This document shows, in pieces, positions 14,220-26,973 of a DNA stretch of 64,000 nucleotides (within the stretch, counting starts at the first letter, position 1; each line of letters starts with the position of its first letter). The translations under genes and the position numbers were made by a program. The DNA comes from Octopus sinensis (Eukaryota), in contig NC_043005.1 in assembly GCF_006345805.1 (NCBI RefSeq), positions 89,838,001 through 89,902,000 on the forward strand, read 5' to 3'. The notes beneath the pieces were generated by a model that was given only the letters and a program-made list of their open reading frames with translations, had not been told where the DNA came from and made no database searches.

Positions 14220-14269
14220 GTAAACAAACCATTATTATTATTGTTGTTGTTGTTATTATTATTATTATC

Positions 14270-14580
14270 ATCATTATTGAGTGAAAGAGCAGCGCATGCC
14301 ATCAAAATGACACTGGGGTACAATTATACGAAGCTCAATATACTCATCATGATGATCCGTCTGATAAGGGTACACCAGACACATGCATCACAACCACATG
14401 TGCGCGACATGGTGATCGTATATCAAGATAAACAGCGCATGGCCTTGCAGGTGGGGTCCAGTTAGAATTTTCTTCAGGTTGAGTCGCCCATCCCACTCAA
14501 AAGGTTTCTGATGAATGAAACATGTTTCCAGAGGTGAATTATTCAAACCCCAGAGAATTCCTGTCAACACATGGCTATGG
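14270..14580 (-). repeat. Interspersed repeat family B (retroposon-like 3' end with (AAT)n tail)
   Basis: Aligns to 30121-30395 (+) and to the split copy at 59430-59680 plus 60838-60943. Confidence 0.7.
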
Positions 14581-16139
14581 TTATTATTATTAGGTCCTAA
14601 TATTGTCTCCCCTGATTTCTTTAGACAACAAAGGATGGCAGATTTACAGCTGTTGGTTTAGCTGTGATGTTGCTGAGGCGCAATATAGCCGAGCGGGGGT
14701 GGTAGTTGTGTCTACTAATACAAGCTGTTTGATTGAACTGGTAGTTTCGGATATATTAATTTTACTGTTCTCTTTTTCAAATATGCTGACACAGCAGAAA
14801 CGATCTTCGGTATTCTATGGCGGAATCACCGATTAAAAATGGAATTTTCTCTATTTATATTCTTTTTCTCTTGAACTCTGAATTTCTTGAAATTCTTCTC
14901 AACGATATTTGGATTTGCTTATCTTACAAGCGGAATTACCTTGGATGTGTATTCTACTTGCATTTATTGGGATCTGATTCTTGGATATAGTTAATTAAAT
15001 TCGTTTAAAACTGAGTGCATTATTAATATCTACGTAGATTTTTTAAAATCCATTTTATCAACAATAATGGGCGGTGGACTGTCTGCAAACGGAATCTTCT
15101 TCCATGAATAAATTTATGGAATTTCTTTACCGCAAATATGATGGCTAATAAATAATAAAACAGATCGATAAAATGAGGCAAATGGTGAAAGGTTCGAAAT
15201 GGGAACATAAAAGACTCATGAATCAGCTGAAAAGAAAGATTGTTGAAGAATGGGTTACAAGGAAAGAAGAACTCATGGAAGTTCTCTGCAATATTTTCGA
15301 TGAGCTGACTCTGCTAGAAGTCGTCGAACTAAGGCGTACTAGTAAAAGGAAAAGAAAACACACAGAATTCTTGGAGGTAGTTTCCCAAACGAAAACATAT
15401 TAAGCTTCCGATGAAAGTAAATCCGAGGGAAGTAAAAAAGGGAGATGTGGTGTGAAAGACAATAAAAAGTATTTATTCACTTCCAACGGAAGTCAATCTC
15501 ACAAGGGAAGATGTGGTGATAGACATTAACACCCCTGTGTGATTAAAAGGTGGACTCGTCGAACTCTTATGAAGAGTAAAGTGTCTCGTTGAGACGGGAA
15601 GAAGGAGTTGGAGTTTTACGTGTTGGTAGTCAGAAGTTACGCCTGGAAATACATTGCTTTGCCCCCTGCTTCGTTAAAATCCTGTATCTACAACCAAGGA
15701 TATCAAAATGTATACACACACATACATACATACATACACACACTCGAGTGCGCACATACACACGCGTATGTCTTTATCTAGGTGTATGTGTTTGTCTCTG
15801 GATTTCTGTTTGCCCTCCACCAATGCTTGACAACTGGTGTGGGTGTCTTTATGTCCCTGTAACTTAGCAGTTCAGATAAAGAAATCAAAATAAAAGGTAC
15901 CAGGCATATAAAATATAAATAAAAAAAACAAATAGAAACAAAGCATATATAAATAAATATATACATACACACGCACACATATTATGTAGGTAGGTAGGGT
16001 AAATCGCAGCTGTTTCCTCTTGAATCGCATCTGCTTATTCCATTATTACAATCCAGTATGAAGTTAGTGTTGTTGTTGTTGTTGTATTGATGCGAAGTAC
16101 AAATGAGAATTGGAAATTCTGGAAATATTGTTTTTTATT

Positions 16140-16710
16140 GAGTTTATATCTAGAGACAGCGCAAAGAAGCCTTCAACACTGACTGCTTAGTCCCGACTGT
16201 GAAGAATGAAAGTGGCTCTGTGATGATTTAGGTAGCCATAATATGAAATTCTCTTGGCACGACATGGCAGATTTAATGCCAAGGATTATCGGAGTATTTT
16301 TGCTGGTCATATCCATACAATGGGGTAAATATTGTTCCCTGGCGGGAGCGCAATCTTCCAGGTCAGTAATGTGACAATTCACATGGTTAATGTTATTCAG
16401 AATTGGTAAGAAGAGCACAAAAACGAAATAAACCACCCCTACAATCATTCCACCCAAACATAACTGAACGTTTATGATGCATTTTGGAGTAACAAGGGAG
16501 AAGCTGTTTCCTTCCACCATTGGTGTGGAAAGACCTAAAGAAGGCTTTATTAGAAGAATGGATCAAAATTCCCTTAACAACCATCCAGGACTTGTACAAG
16601 TCAATTCCTCAACATATTAAATCTGTGATTAATGCCAAACACGGACCAATTATATATTAAATAATAAAACTTCCATTTAACCCGGTGTTTCCATTATTTT
16701 ATCCAAACTC
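16140..16710 (+). mobile_element. Tc1-type transposase C-terminal relic
   Basis: VYIxRQRKEAFNTDCLVPTVKxxSGSVMI..., EEWIKIPL, IQDLYKSIP. Many stops. Confidence 0.75.
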
Positions 16711-17527
16711 TTTTAGTAGGACAGAATCGTTGCTGCACCAGACAAAAATGCTTAGTGGCATTTCATCTGGTTTGTGTTCTGGGTTCAAATCCTGACATGG
16801 TCGTTTTTGCCTTTCATTCTTTCACGATCAAAAAAATAAAGAACCAGTCAAGCACTGGGTTCGATGTAATGTTCCGTATGGTCAAATGGTTAAGAAGCTT
16901 ACATCACAACCCCCATGGCTCCTGGTTCAATCCCACTGTGTAACATGTTCAGTTAATGTCATTTTCTATAACCTTGGCTCAACCCATACTTTCTACCTGC
17001 CTACTTGTACTTGCTTGTGGCATTCATCCGGGATGGATTGAGCAAGCTCGGACAGAGGTTTCAGTGAGGTCACAAGTTCACATGTGGTCCCTAGTCACAT
17101 GCACACACACACACACTTTGGGATAGTGGGATCCATAACAGCTCATCTTGCTGTTGATTGTTGATCATCGTAGAGGATACACTGACCAGGTCTCTGCCAA
17201 TTATTGAAGGAGACATAGCCTGGGTTTCAAGGAGATTTCTAAAGACATGCTTCAAAAAAAGCTAAGGCGTCACTCACTCCCAGTGGTCTTCCAGCATGCT
17301 GAGCACCAATCCACAATTTGTGAGGGCCTGTGCTTTGTGAATGAGACTTGGTAGGTGAAAACTGTAGAGAAGCCCACGTATTGAAATTATGTACAGTTTA
17401 TTCAGCCATTGTGTCATTTGATTTTACCTGAGAATTATATTAAGGGTCCACATGTCTGTGAAATACCGAAAAGGATTTTTTTTTGTTTTTGCTTAAGAAT
17501 TCCCTCTTTTATCTGTTTCTTTTTCAG

Positions 17528-17709
17528 CCCATCGATGGATGTTAACGGCCAGTTCGATATTAGGCCGTTTGTTTATCACTGCAACTTTTGCAATCGTGTA
17601 TTTATACACTTTGGAATTATATCCAACTTGTATAAGAAACGGTGCATTGGGGGCTTTGGCCACCTGTGCACGTGTTGGTGGGGCTTTGGCACCTTACATT
17701 CTCAACTTT
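17528..17709 (+). CDS. SLC22-like paralog A, exon 8
   Basis: ttttcag acceptor, gtaagt donor, phase 1 to 0. AHRWMLTASSILGRLFITATFAIVYLYTLELYPTCIRNGALG...RVGG, with the ELYPT motif. Confidence 0.92.
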
Positions 17710-18476
17710 GTAAGTATTTAGATTCTTTCAGACTTGCTATTTGTTTTGTTGTTCGCCCCTTTTGTTAGTCCACCCATCGTGGAACCAGCGCAACTAGTAA
17801 AGAGACAGAGATAGGCTTATCTTTCTATGGATTTACATAACAACATACGAATAAGGAAATATTATCCATCAATAAAACAAACTCACTCTGCCTCTCTCTT
17901 CTGTTGGTTTAGTCCAGTCGGACATTTTTTATTTCTCCTTTGCGTTATTCCACACTTGTCTGTCTGCTAAACCTCGCATTTTTTTGCTGTTGTTGCTGTT
18001 GTACATGTATTAATTTTTTGCATCTTTTTTATTGTTGTCTTCGCTTGTCCCTTTGGCCATATTCTGTTTATTTGTCTCATTATTTTGTCCCTCGTCCGTC
18101 CACTAACAGTCTCGTCTCGAATTATTTTTATTCATTTCCATTTGTCCATTTCCGTATCCCTTTTTCATCTTTATTTGTCCGTCTCGTTTTGTCTTGTCAT
18201 GTTTTGGTTACACTCCCGTCAAGTTCTCATGCTGGTTGCCTCCAGAGTGGAATATATATTGTCAATGAGGACAAGAAATTGCACCCGACCCCTTGGTCGA
18301 TAACTGATGAGGAGTTAGTGACTTTCTGTGTTTGGTCTCCATCTGTGTATTTAGTATATGTTTTTCAACTTTATCTCACCTTCCGCGTCTCTTTTCCATT
18401 CGTTTGCTTATTACTATACATATTTGACTTCTGAAAATATTATTCACGTACCGCAACGCACTACTTGTTTTCTTTA

Positions 18477-18553
<77 letters not shown>

Positions 18554-18643
18554 AGAGTAAATAATAGCTTTAATGCTTTTTTTAAAATAACAACAATTAT
18601 TTACAGGTAGATTTCGGCATGTTAATGGTTATATATATAGGGT

Positions 18644-19711
18644 AAAAGTAAAATGAAACAAAGAAAATGCACACTAGGTGTATTGGCTTTTTTAAATAAA
18701 AAGAAAGATATATAAATACAAATAAATGATTTGAGGTGGAATTAAGAAGTAGAAAAATCATTATCATAAGTCAATAGAGAAAGTCATTGAACAGCGATGA
18801 CGAAACCGGTATGACTTTCTCTATTGACTTGTGATAATGATTTTTCGGCTCTTTTCCTTTTGATGGACGGAATTTTCTAGTTAACTAAACAATTTGAAAC
18901 TTCGTATACTGGTAGAATGTGTCAAAAGAAAACATTATTGTAAACAAAATTGAAAACAAAATTGTAATTTATAAGTTTAACATAGTTTAATTCTTCGAAT
19001 TTTAACCAATGAAATGCCAGCATTTGAGCTAAAATCATTTGCTGCGTCTAAAAACTCAGACAATATCCTGTTGAACGCAAACAGCACATACACACACACA
19101 CACACACACGTGTTATTCACACAGACACACACACACACACACGTGTTATTCATCCTTCTCTTCTGTCTGTCTTCTGTCTTCTGTCTTCTGCATGTGCTAG
19201 AAATAACAGCCATATCTCTGAAATCGATGAATTTCGTCGCCCAATAAAAATATTAACGATATTTTAAAAATCTTTTCTTTATTTTTTTTACCGAAAAGGC
19301 TTCTCCCATAGTTTTGAAGGGCCAAAAACAACAAAAGCAAAACAATAATATGCCTAAATCGGTCTAGAGTGGGATATGAGGGTACGCGTGGAGTGTGGGT
19401 CGTATTGTAAAAATTTGCGAAATATTTATTCATAAAAGGATGCCCCAGCTTGTCGGAGGCTGTGATATAAATTGGGAAAAAAATCCTCGACACCAGTGCG
19501 TAATTGGTACTTAATTTATCGACCCCGAAACGATGAAACATTGACCCCCCCCTTTTGGTTTATTTACCTTTTGTGTAAATTTGTTGCGGCAAGGGGCAAA
19601 ACACAGAGGGGACAAAGCTGTGTGTGTATGTATATCTCCGTTTGTATGTGTGTACGCTTATATATTAATTACTATGTGCTTGTGCAAATGTATATGCATG
19701 TGTTTGAGAGA

Positions 19712-19744
<33 letters not shown>

Positions 19745-20169
19745 TGACAAAGAGTGTGTATGTGCAAGTGTACGTGTGTATGTATCTGAATATGTGTGTG
19801 TGTGTGTATGCGGCCTGCGTCTGCTCGTTTGTTTACAATATCGATAACGCAGCAAATGATTTGAGCTCAAATGCTGGCATTTCATTGGTTAAAATTCGAA
19901 GAATTAAACTACGTTAAACTTACAAATTACAATTTTGTTTTCAATTTTGTTTACAATCATGTTTTCTTTTGACACATTCTACCAGTATACGAAGTTTCAA
20001 ATTGTTTAGTTAACTAGAAAATTCCGTCCATCAAAAGGAAAAGATCCGATTTTTCTACTTCTTAATTCCACCTCAAATCATTTATTTGTATTTATATATC
20101 TTTCTTTTTATTCAAAAAAAGCCAATACTTTTACACCTAGTGTGCATTTTCTTTGTTTCATTTTACTTT
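18644..20169. mobile_element. Foldback-like element: long inverted arms 18644-19047 and 19847-20169 in paralog A intron 8
   Basis: Arms are reverse complements over about 320 bp. The left arm holds an extra 36-bp hairpin (18752-18787 / 18811-18846). Confidence 0.8.
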
Positions 20170-20232
20170 CCCTTATTTATACCACGTATAGCATTTTGTT
20201 AGAAACCTGTTTCTTTTATATACATACATACA

Positions 20233-20282
<50 letters not shown>

Positions 20283-20304
20283 TACATATATACATATACA
20301 CACA

Positions 20305-20352
<48 letters not shown>

Positions 20353-20497
20353 ATATATATATATATATATGCTGAAAGGAGAACAGGGTGGTCATGGTGG
20401 GAATCCCTTTGACCATAAGTGTGCTGGTTCAGTAATGATCAGGGGCCAAACAATTACAAAAACAAAATCATTTTTTTCTTCTGCTTTTTTCTTTCAG

Positions 20498-20665
20498 TCA
20501 GATTTGGTTTCTGGCAAGGTTGGTCGAATACTGCCGATGGTTCTTATGGGAGCACTTTCCATAATCGCGGGCCTATTGTCACTGTTGCTACCCGAAACAA
20601 ACAACCGGAAAATGATGGACAACTTCAATGATTTGACCAAATCTGGAAAACTGGAGTTCGCGTAG
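20498..20665 (+). CDS. SLC22-like paralog A, last coding exon (exon 9, stop TAG)
   Basis: Polypyrimidine tract plus cag acceptor, phase 0. SDLVSGKVGRILPMVLMGALSIIAGLLSLLLPETNNRK...EFA*, with the LPET motif. Confidence 0.88.
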   Translation, partial: SDLVSGKVGRILPMVLMGALSIIAGLLSLLLPETNNRKMMDNFNDLTKSGKLEFA

Positions 20666-21209
20666 GTGTCTCTCATACAATTTAAACATCATCCTTGTCA
20701 ACATCATCATCATCATTACCGTTTTCGTCAACATAACCATCGCCAATATAATTATCCTCCTCATCATCATTATTGTCAACATCATTGCCATCATTATCAT
20801 CATCATAACCATCACCATAAACAGCATAGTAATTATCTTCATCATCATCATCATCATTATGAACCAAGAAGCAAGCCCTTAATCGATCATTCGACTTGCT
20901 AGAAATTACACCCTGTCACCTTAAAGAAAAGGAAGGACACGTTGAATATTTAGGCACCATGGCCAGAAAACAAAGCAGGTTGCTTTGGAACAATGTCCTG
21001 GGAAGGAAAGATTAACTGTTGTGGTTAGCAGTGCTGTAGCATGGGCAAGACCAAAGGACAGTTGCTCTCGACTCAAAGTCCTTAGAGACACAAAATTCCA
21101 AAAGAAAAATTAAATGAAATGCTTGTGTGGTAGGAAATTTGCTTCCCAACCACATGGCTTCAGGTTCAGTCCCACTGCATGACACATTGAGAAAGTGTTT
21201 TCTGTTATA

Positions 21210-22290
21210 GCTTCAATGATGATATGTAGCGTAAAAAACTGACACCACAAACTGGGAGACACCTTAAAAGTCCCATCACAGGCCCAATTTTCAGAGCTTT
21301 CTAGATCATCCAAGCATTTTTCTGAGGAATTTTGCTTGAGTCATTAAAGACCAAAAACAAGGACTCATTTTCTAAGTATTTAACTGCATCAGGAATTTCA
21401 AACCCTGAACGACAAGTTGGAAGTGCTGGGATTCCTAAAGGATGCTGCCTCCAGTTACGTATGTTATGTGAAAGTCCAGGAATTGTTCGCAACAATTATT
21501 GTGGTTCCTCATCGAGATTTTGGACAGCAGTAGCTATTACTTCCCGTGAAGATACTGTGTCCGTTCCCATTACTTCACTTTTCATTGAATGCCTTTCGGG
21601 GATTAACATGTGCACTGCATATGGCGGTGAGCTGGCAGAAACGTTAGCACGCCGGGCGAAATGCTTAGCGGTATTTCGTCTACCGTTACGTTCTGAGTTC
21701 AAATTCCGCCGAGGTCGACTTTGCCTTTCATCCTTTCCGAGTCGATTAAATAAGTACCAGTTACCCACTGGAGTCGATATAATTGACTTAATCCGTTTGT
21801 CTGTCCTTGTTTGTCCCCTCTATGTGTAGCCCCTTGTGGGAAGTAAAGAAATAAGAAACGTTTGTACGCCGGGTGAAATGTTTTTCGGTATTTCGTCTGT
21901 TTTTACATTCTGAGTTCAAATTCCGCTAGGGTTGACTTTACCTTTCATCCTTTCGAGGTCGATAAGTTAAGTACCAGTTGCGTACTGGGATCGATTTAAT
22001 CGATTGGCTCCCTCCTCCCAAATTTCGGGCCTTGTGCCTAGAGTAGAAATGAACATGTGCACTGCTAGCTGAGTGATTATGGGAACCCGTTGAAAAAATA
22101 ATTTCTGGTATACTGGAGTTGAAAGTTGTATGTAGTCTAGCCCTGCAACCTTTGTAAAAACGTTCACAATGCCAATATATTTTTGTTTTGCTTCCATATA
22201 CCATTCTTTTGTATATATGATCCTCTTCGTCGCAAAGCTTACGTTTGTTCTTCTCTGATGTTATAAATGTTGCCATGGTTGAAGGTTTCA
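21210..22290 (-). mobile_element. Mutator-like (MULE) transposase relic with FLYWCH zinc finger, interrupted by a SINE dimer
   Basis: YWHCERFYKGCRARLHT...HNH (FLYWCH) and WACDGTFKVSPSLWCQFFTLH (MULE DDE start). The frame continues across the insertion. Confidence 0.8.
21619..22051 (+). mobile_element. tRNA-derived SINE family S2, head-to-tail dimer
   Basis: Two ttctgagttcaaattccgc B-box units. Flanked by the 14-bp direct repeat aacatgtgcactgc (21605-21618, 22052-22065). Confidence 0.85.
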
Positions 22291-23112
22291 AAGTTCAAAG
22301 TTAAACTGAACAGAAAAAATTAGTCGTACAGTGAAATTCAGTTAAAAATGAGTAACAATGGCATAAACTTATACTTTAACTAACGACTAATTAGTCGAGA
22401 AGTGTGTAACAAGGACGTGTGTAATTAGTTTTCTATAGACCGTTATGTTCCGAGTGGAATTTACTGTAGTGAAATTTGCCTTAGTAGAATACACCACAGC
22501 GAATTTTACCTATCGTGAAATTTACCGCAGTGGAGTTTGCCGCTCACGCCAAAACGGTGCATAATGGGAAAATACTCTGAAAATAACTTAACCCTGAAAG
22601 GGAAAAAACTCTTTCCATTAGACACATTATGATGAGGAAAATATTTTAAAGTGAAAATGACTTTAAAAATAGAGAGAGAGAGATTGATAGATAGATAGTT
22701 CTCTATCAATTCTACATATGTGTGCATGTATGTATGTGTATGTGTATGTGTGTGCATATTTGTATGTGTTTATTCTCCCCTCCCCTGCTTGACAACCAGC
22801 ATTGGCGAGTATATAGTCTCATAGCTGAAGGGTTCAGTACTAAATGCCGAGCAGTGAAAGGTGGGCACTGTATGAGTGAAAATAAGAGGGCAAAAAGAGT
22901 GAGTCAGTGGTAGCTGAATGGATATGAGCCGAGACTAGCTAACTCCCAGGAGCAGCAGCAGAAGTAGGGAAGGTTTGCACAATAACATCAACAGCAACAA
23001 CATCATTGATTTTATAAGAGTCTTAATCATCATCATCATCTTGCCCATCATCTTCTGCATCATCAGCCGAAGCAATATCGTCGTCATCATCCTCCTCCTC
23101 ATCATCATCACT

Positions 23113-23179
<67 letters not shown>

Positions 23180-23366
23180 CCATCATCATCATCACTATTA
23201 TCATCATATTTCAAAATACTAAACATTATTTTGCTAAATGTCTGATTGGCTCTTTCCTCTTTTTCTTTCATTCTTTCTTCCCTTCCAGTACTAAAAAGGA
23301 TGCAATTCTAAAGGAAGAAACTCACCCAATGAAACCGAGACAATCTGCAGAGGATATAAAATCTTA

Positions 23367-23882
23367 ATGTATGTATGTATGTATGTATGTATGTATGTAT
23401 GTATGTATGTATGTATGTACGTATGTATGTATGTATGTATGTATGTATGTATGTATGTATGTATGTATGCATGTATGCATGCATGTATGTTTGTATGTAT
23501 GAATGTTTGTATATATGTATGCATGTCTGTATATGTATATACGCACATAATTGTGTTTGTATGTATATACGTACTTGATTGTGTATATATGTTTGTATAT
23601 AGTACGTTATATTGTATGTATATACGTACGTGATTGTGTGTATTATGTATGCATATATGTACATGATTGTGTGTATATGCACGTATGTATATATGTACAT
23701 GATTGCGTATGTATGTATATGCGTACGTGATTGTGTGTGTATGTATGTATGTATGTATGTATATATGTATGTATGTATGTGTGTATGTATGTATGTAGGT
23801 AGGTATGTACGTGTGTGCATGCATGTATGTATATAGAAGCATATATGTGAGCACACACATGCACACGCAGACAGACAGATAA

Positions 23883-23964
<82 letters not shown>

Positions 23965-23981
23965 GGATAGATAGATAGATA
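23367..23981. repeat. Compound microsatellite: (TATG)n, degenerate (TG/TA)n, (GATA)n
   Basis: Read directly. The (GATA)n part is also the probable tail of the adjacent L1/Tx1 element. Confidence 0.95.
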
Positions 23982-23984
23982 TGT

Positions 23985-26157
23985 TTCTTTATTAGCCACA
24001 TAGGGCTGCACACAGACAGAACAAATTACAAGGTAGAGCTTTTCTTTTGGGGGTAAAAAAAAGGGGGTTGGTTTTCGATCAAAAGGGATCGTAAAAGAAA
24101 AGAAAGAGGACAAAAAAAGGGGGGGAGAGGAAAAAAAGTTGATCAATAGGGATCGTAATCAAAGAAATGTCAATATGAAGTGTAAAGGGGAGGACAGGTG
24201 AGGTTTACCCGTGGAAAGAAAAGCCTACGGAAAAGACCACGGTAACCTCGGTCAATGAAGTCACATGTTATATTTCTTTTTTTTTTTGCAAATAAGCAAC
24301 TCTCTGTATTAATTTTTACGGTTCATAGAATCATAGTCAAGGTGGCTTCGTCATTCATACGTGCCATCCTTGCTACATTCACCCATCTTTTTTTAAAACA
24401 TTCACTAGACAAAACTTGCCTCTCTACTCTCACTTTCCTCTTCAAGTGATACTTGAAGAAGTTGATGAGAGATTGACCAGAGAGGAAAGTGTTTGTCTCT
24501 AATCCTTTCAGGCGCGTCCACCAGATACATTCTTTCGCCATAGTCACAAGTATGATAAAAATAGCTCTTTCTTCCCGTTTGAAGAAAGGAGGCGTGACGA
24601 TATTAACGATAGACTTGGCTGATAAACCGACACGTCCCACACGTGACAGCAGTCGTTCGACATAAGCCCACAGGTCGGAAATTGCTGGACACTGCACGAT
24701 TGCGTGCAGAGCGGTTTCGTCGCTCTGCCCGCATCTCGGGCAGGTCGGCCCCGTGTTTCTCGAGCCATGCATATAGAGCTTATCCCGAACGGGTAACACT
24801 TCTCGGTAGCACCGCCAGGCCAGGGATCTCTGGAAGTTGTCCATAGGTCCCGGGCCGAAAGTCGTTTGAAACAGGCGGGTCAGGTATTCCTCGTCGACGC
24901 CCAGGTTTGCCCCGAGATCGTCGTCGTACCTCCCCTCCGCTAATCCCCTATAGAATGCTTTGGTTGTGTTGAAGTCACTCAAGGTCGACCCGGGACGGCA
25001 GAGTTGCTTGAGAGCAACGCGACACTCGCGGTGCCATTCGCCCTTCCTCGGCCTCTTTTTGATCCACGACTGCAGTTCGGTCATGGAGACGAGTTGCGGG
25101 AATGCGTGCCTCACAAACGGCGACCACACCTGTTCACCGTCGTCTACATAGAGCCGGAGATGTCGCAGTCTCAGCGCGTGTCTGCGCATCATCAACTACG
25201 GCATGCCCAGCCCTCCTTTTAACGGGTGTTGACAGCAAATGGATCGCCTGACCATCGGGACGCATCCTTTCCACAAGAAACAAAAGAGAATGCGTTCTAG
25301 TTTGGTGATGGTAGGGTCGGGACAAGGTACGACGGTCAGGCGGTAGTAGATGATGGACGCGATGTACGTGTTCGCCACCTCCGCCCGACCTTTTAGGGAC
25401 AGTTTCTTCTCGGCCCATTGCTGGGCGAGAGTGACCACCCTACTCGTTATCTCGTTCCAGTTCTTCTTCATTTGGAGGTTCGGACCGAACCAGACCCCGA
25501 GCAACTCAACCGGGCCGTCTGTCCAGCGTCCCACGACGGAGGTACTGGTGGACGGCATGGGCTTGCTTCTCCAGGTGCCGAGCCGCAAGCCCACTGACTT
25601 TTCCCGGTTGATTTTTGCTCCTGTCACCGCTTCGTAGTCTTTCAGTGTCTCGCCGACCCGCTCGATGTGTTCGTGGCTTGACACTATGACGGTGACGTCG
25701 TCCGCGTATGCAGACACGCTCGTCCCGCATCCCAATTCTCGCGGGATGCCCCTCAGAGTCGCCAGCTTCCGCAGTAGTGGCTCAAGAGTCAATACGTATA
25801 GAAGCGCCGAGAGGGGGCATCCCTGACGGACCGAACGTGCAATGTCGAAAGGTCTCGATAGATGTCCATTTACGCGAATTACCGAACGGATGCCTCTGTA
25901 CAAGGCAGCTATCCAGCCGCGGAAGACGGGACCGAAACCAGCCGCTCTCAGGACTGCTTCCAAGTATCGATGGTCTACCCTATCGAAGGCTTTTGATTGA
26001 TCCAAGTTGATCAGGGCCCCACCCATGCCAGGTTCGTTAACTACCCTGTCTATGATGTAGCGCATCAGATGGAGGTTGTCATGGATGCTCCGGCTCGGCA
26101 CGGCGCACGTTTGTGCGTTGTCGACCAGTTTCTCGATGACAAGCGCCAACCTCTTGT
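23985..26157 (-). mobile_element. L1/Tx1-clade LINE: RT, C-terminal CCHC region and 3' UTR
   Basis: LINLDQSKAFDRVDH, SVRQGCPLS, AYADDV, CPRCGQSDETALHAIVQC. Single in-frame TAG at 25196-25198. AATAAA precedes the (TCTA)n tail. Confidence 0.9.
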
Positions 26158-26890
26158 ATCCCCAGGCGCTTTTCTATTTTGTCCGTGCTTGCCTTTTCTG
26201 GACTTTTAGTTGTTTTGTTTGTTATTTTATAAATAATCGTTTTCTTTTTTTCCTCATTCAGTATGTGTTGTGGTATGCGTAAGTGTATTTTGCCGTTTTC
26301 TTTGGTGATTAGGGCTCTGGAGTCTTTTATCTGCTGTGCAGTAAACGATACTCTTGTTACTTTTTCTTTTATCGCCTCGGCGAAGTTGTTGTTTTGTTAT
26401 TGTTGTTACTGCCGGTGGTGTTGATGTTGATGGCAGGGGTGTGGGTTGTGGGTGTATTAGGTTTGTGGTTGCTGATTATGCAACTAGCAAGGGGTGGAAA
26501 ATTGTCTGCGTAATTTGGTCCTGCATTAGCGCAAATTTCGGCACTTCGTTTGATTGTCGTTGTTATTTTTTCCTCACCTTCACTTGTTGGTGATGGAGTG
26601 AGCAGTGGCTGAAGGGAATTGTTGTTGTTGTTGTTGTTGTTGTTATTGTCGTTCTTGGTGACGGCGGTGGTATTAGTAGCAAGGGAGGCATTGACGGCAC
26701 GGTCTTTGGTGGCGGTGATGGTGATGTTGGTATTGTTATTGGTAGCGGTGTCGCTAGCAGGGATAGCAGTTGTAGTAGCAGATGCTGCCATGGTGGTGGA
26801 ATCATTGGTGGCGGTGACGGTGCTTGGCCTCGCGATCTTTGTTTTGTATTTGTTACTGTTGTCGATGCTGATGGTGGTGGTGGTGTAAGT
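26158..26890 (-). mobile_element. Possible ORF1 N-terminal region of an L1/Tx1-type element abutting the RT
   Basis: Low-complexity T/N-rich ORF followed by a basic stretch on the same strand as the RT. Family assignment is inference. Confidence 0.35.
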
Positions 26891-26925
26891 AGTGTTTACA
26901 CCGTCAAAATATGCAGTGAATTTTC

Positions 26926-26973
<48 letters not shown>

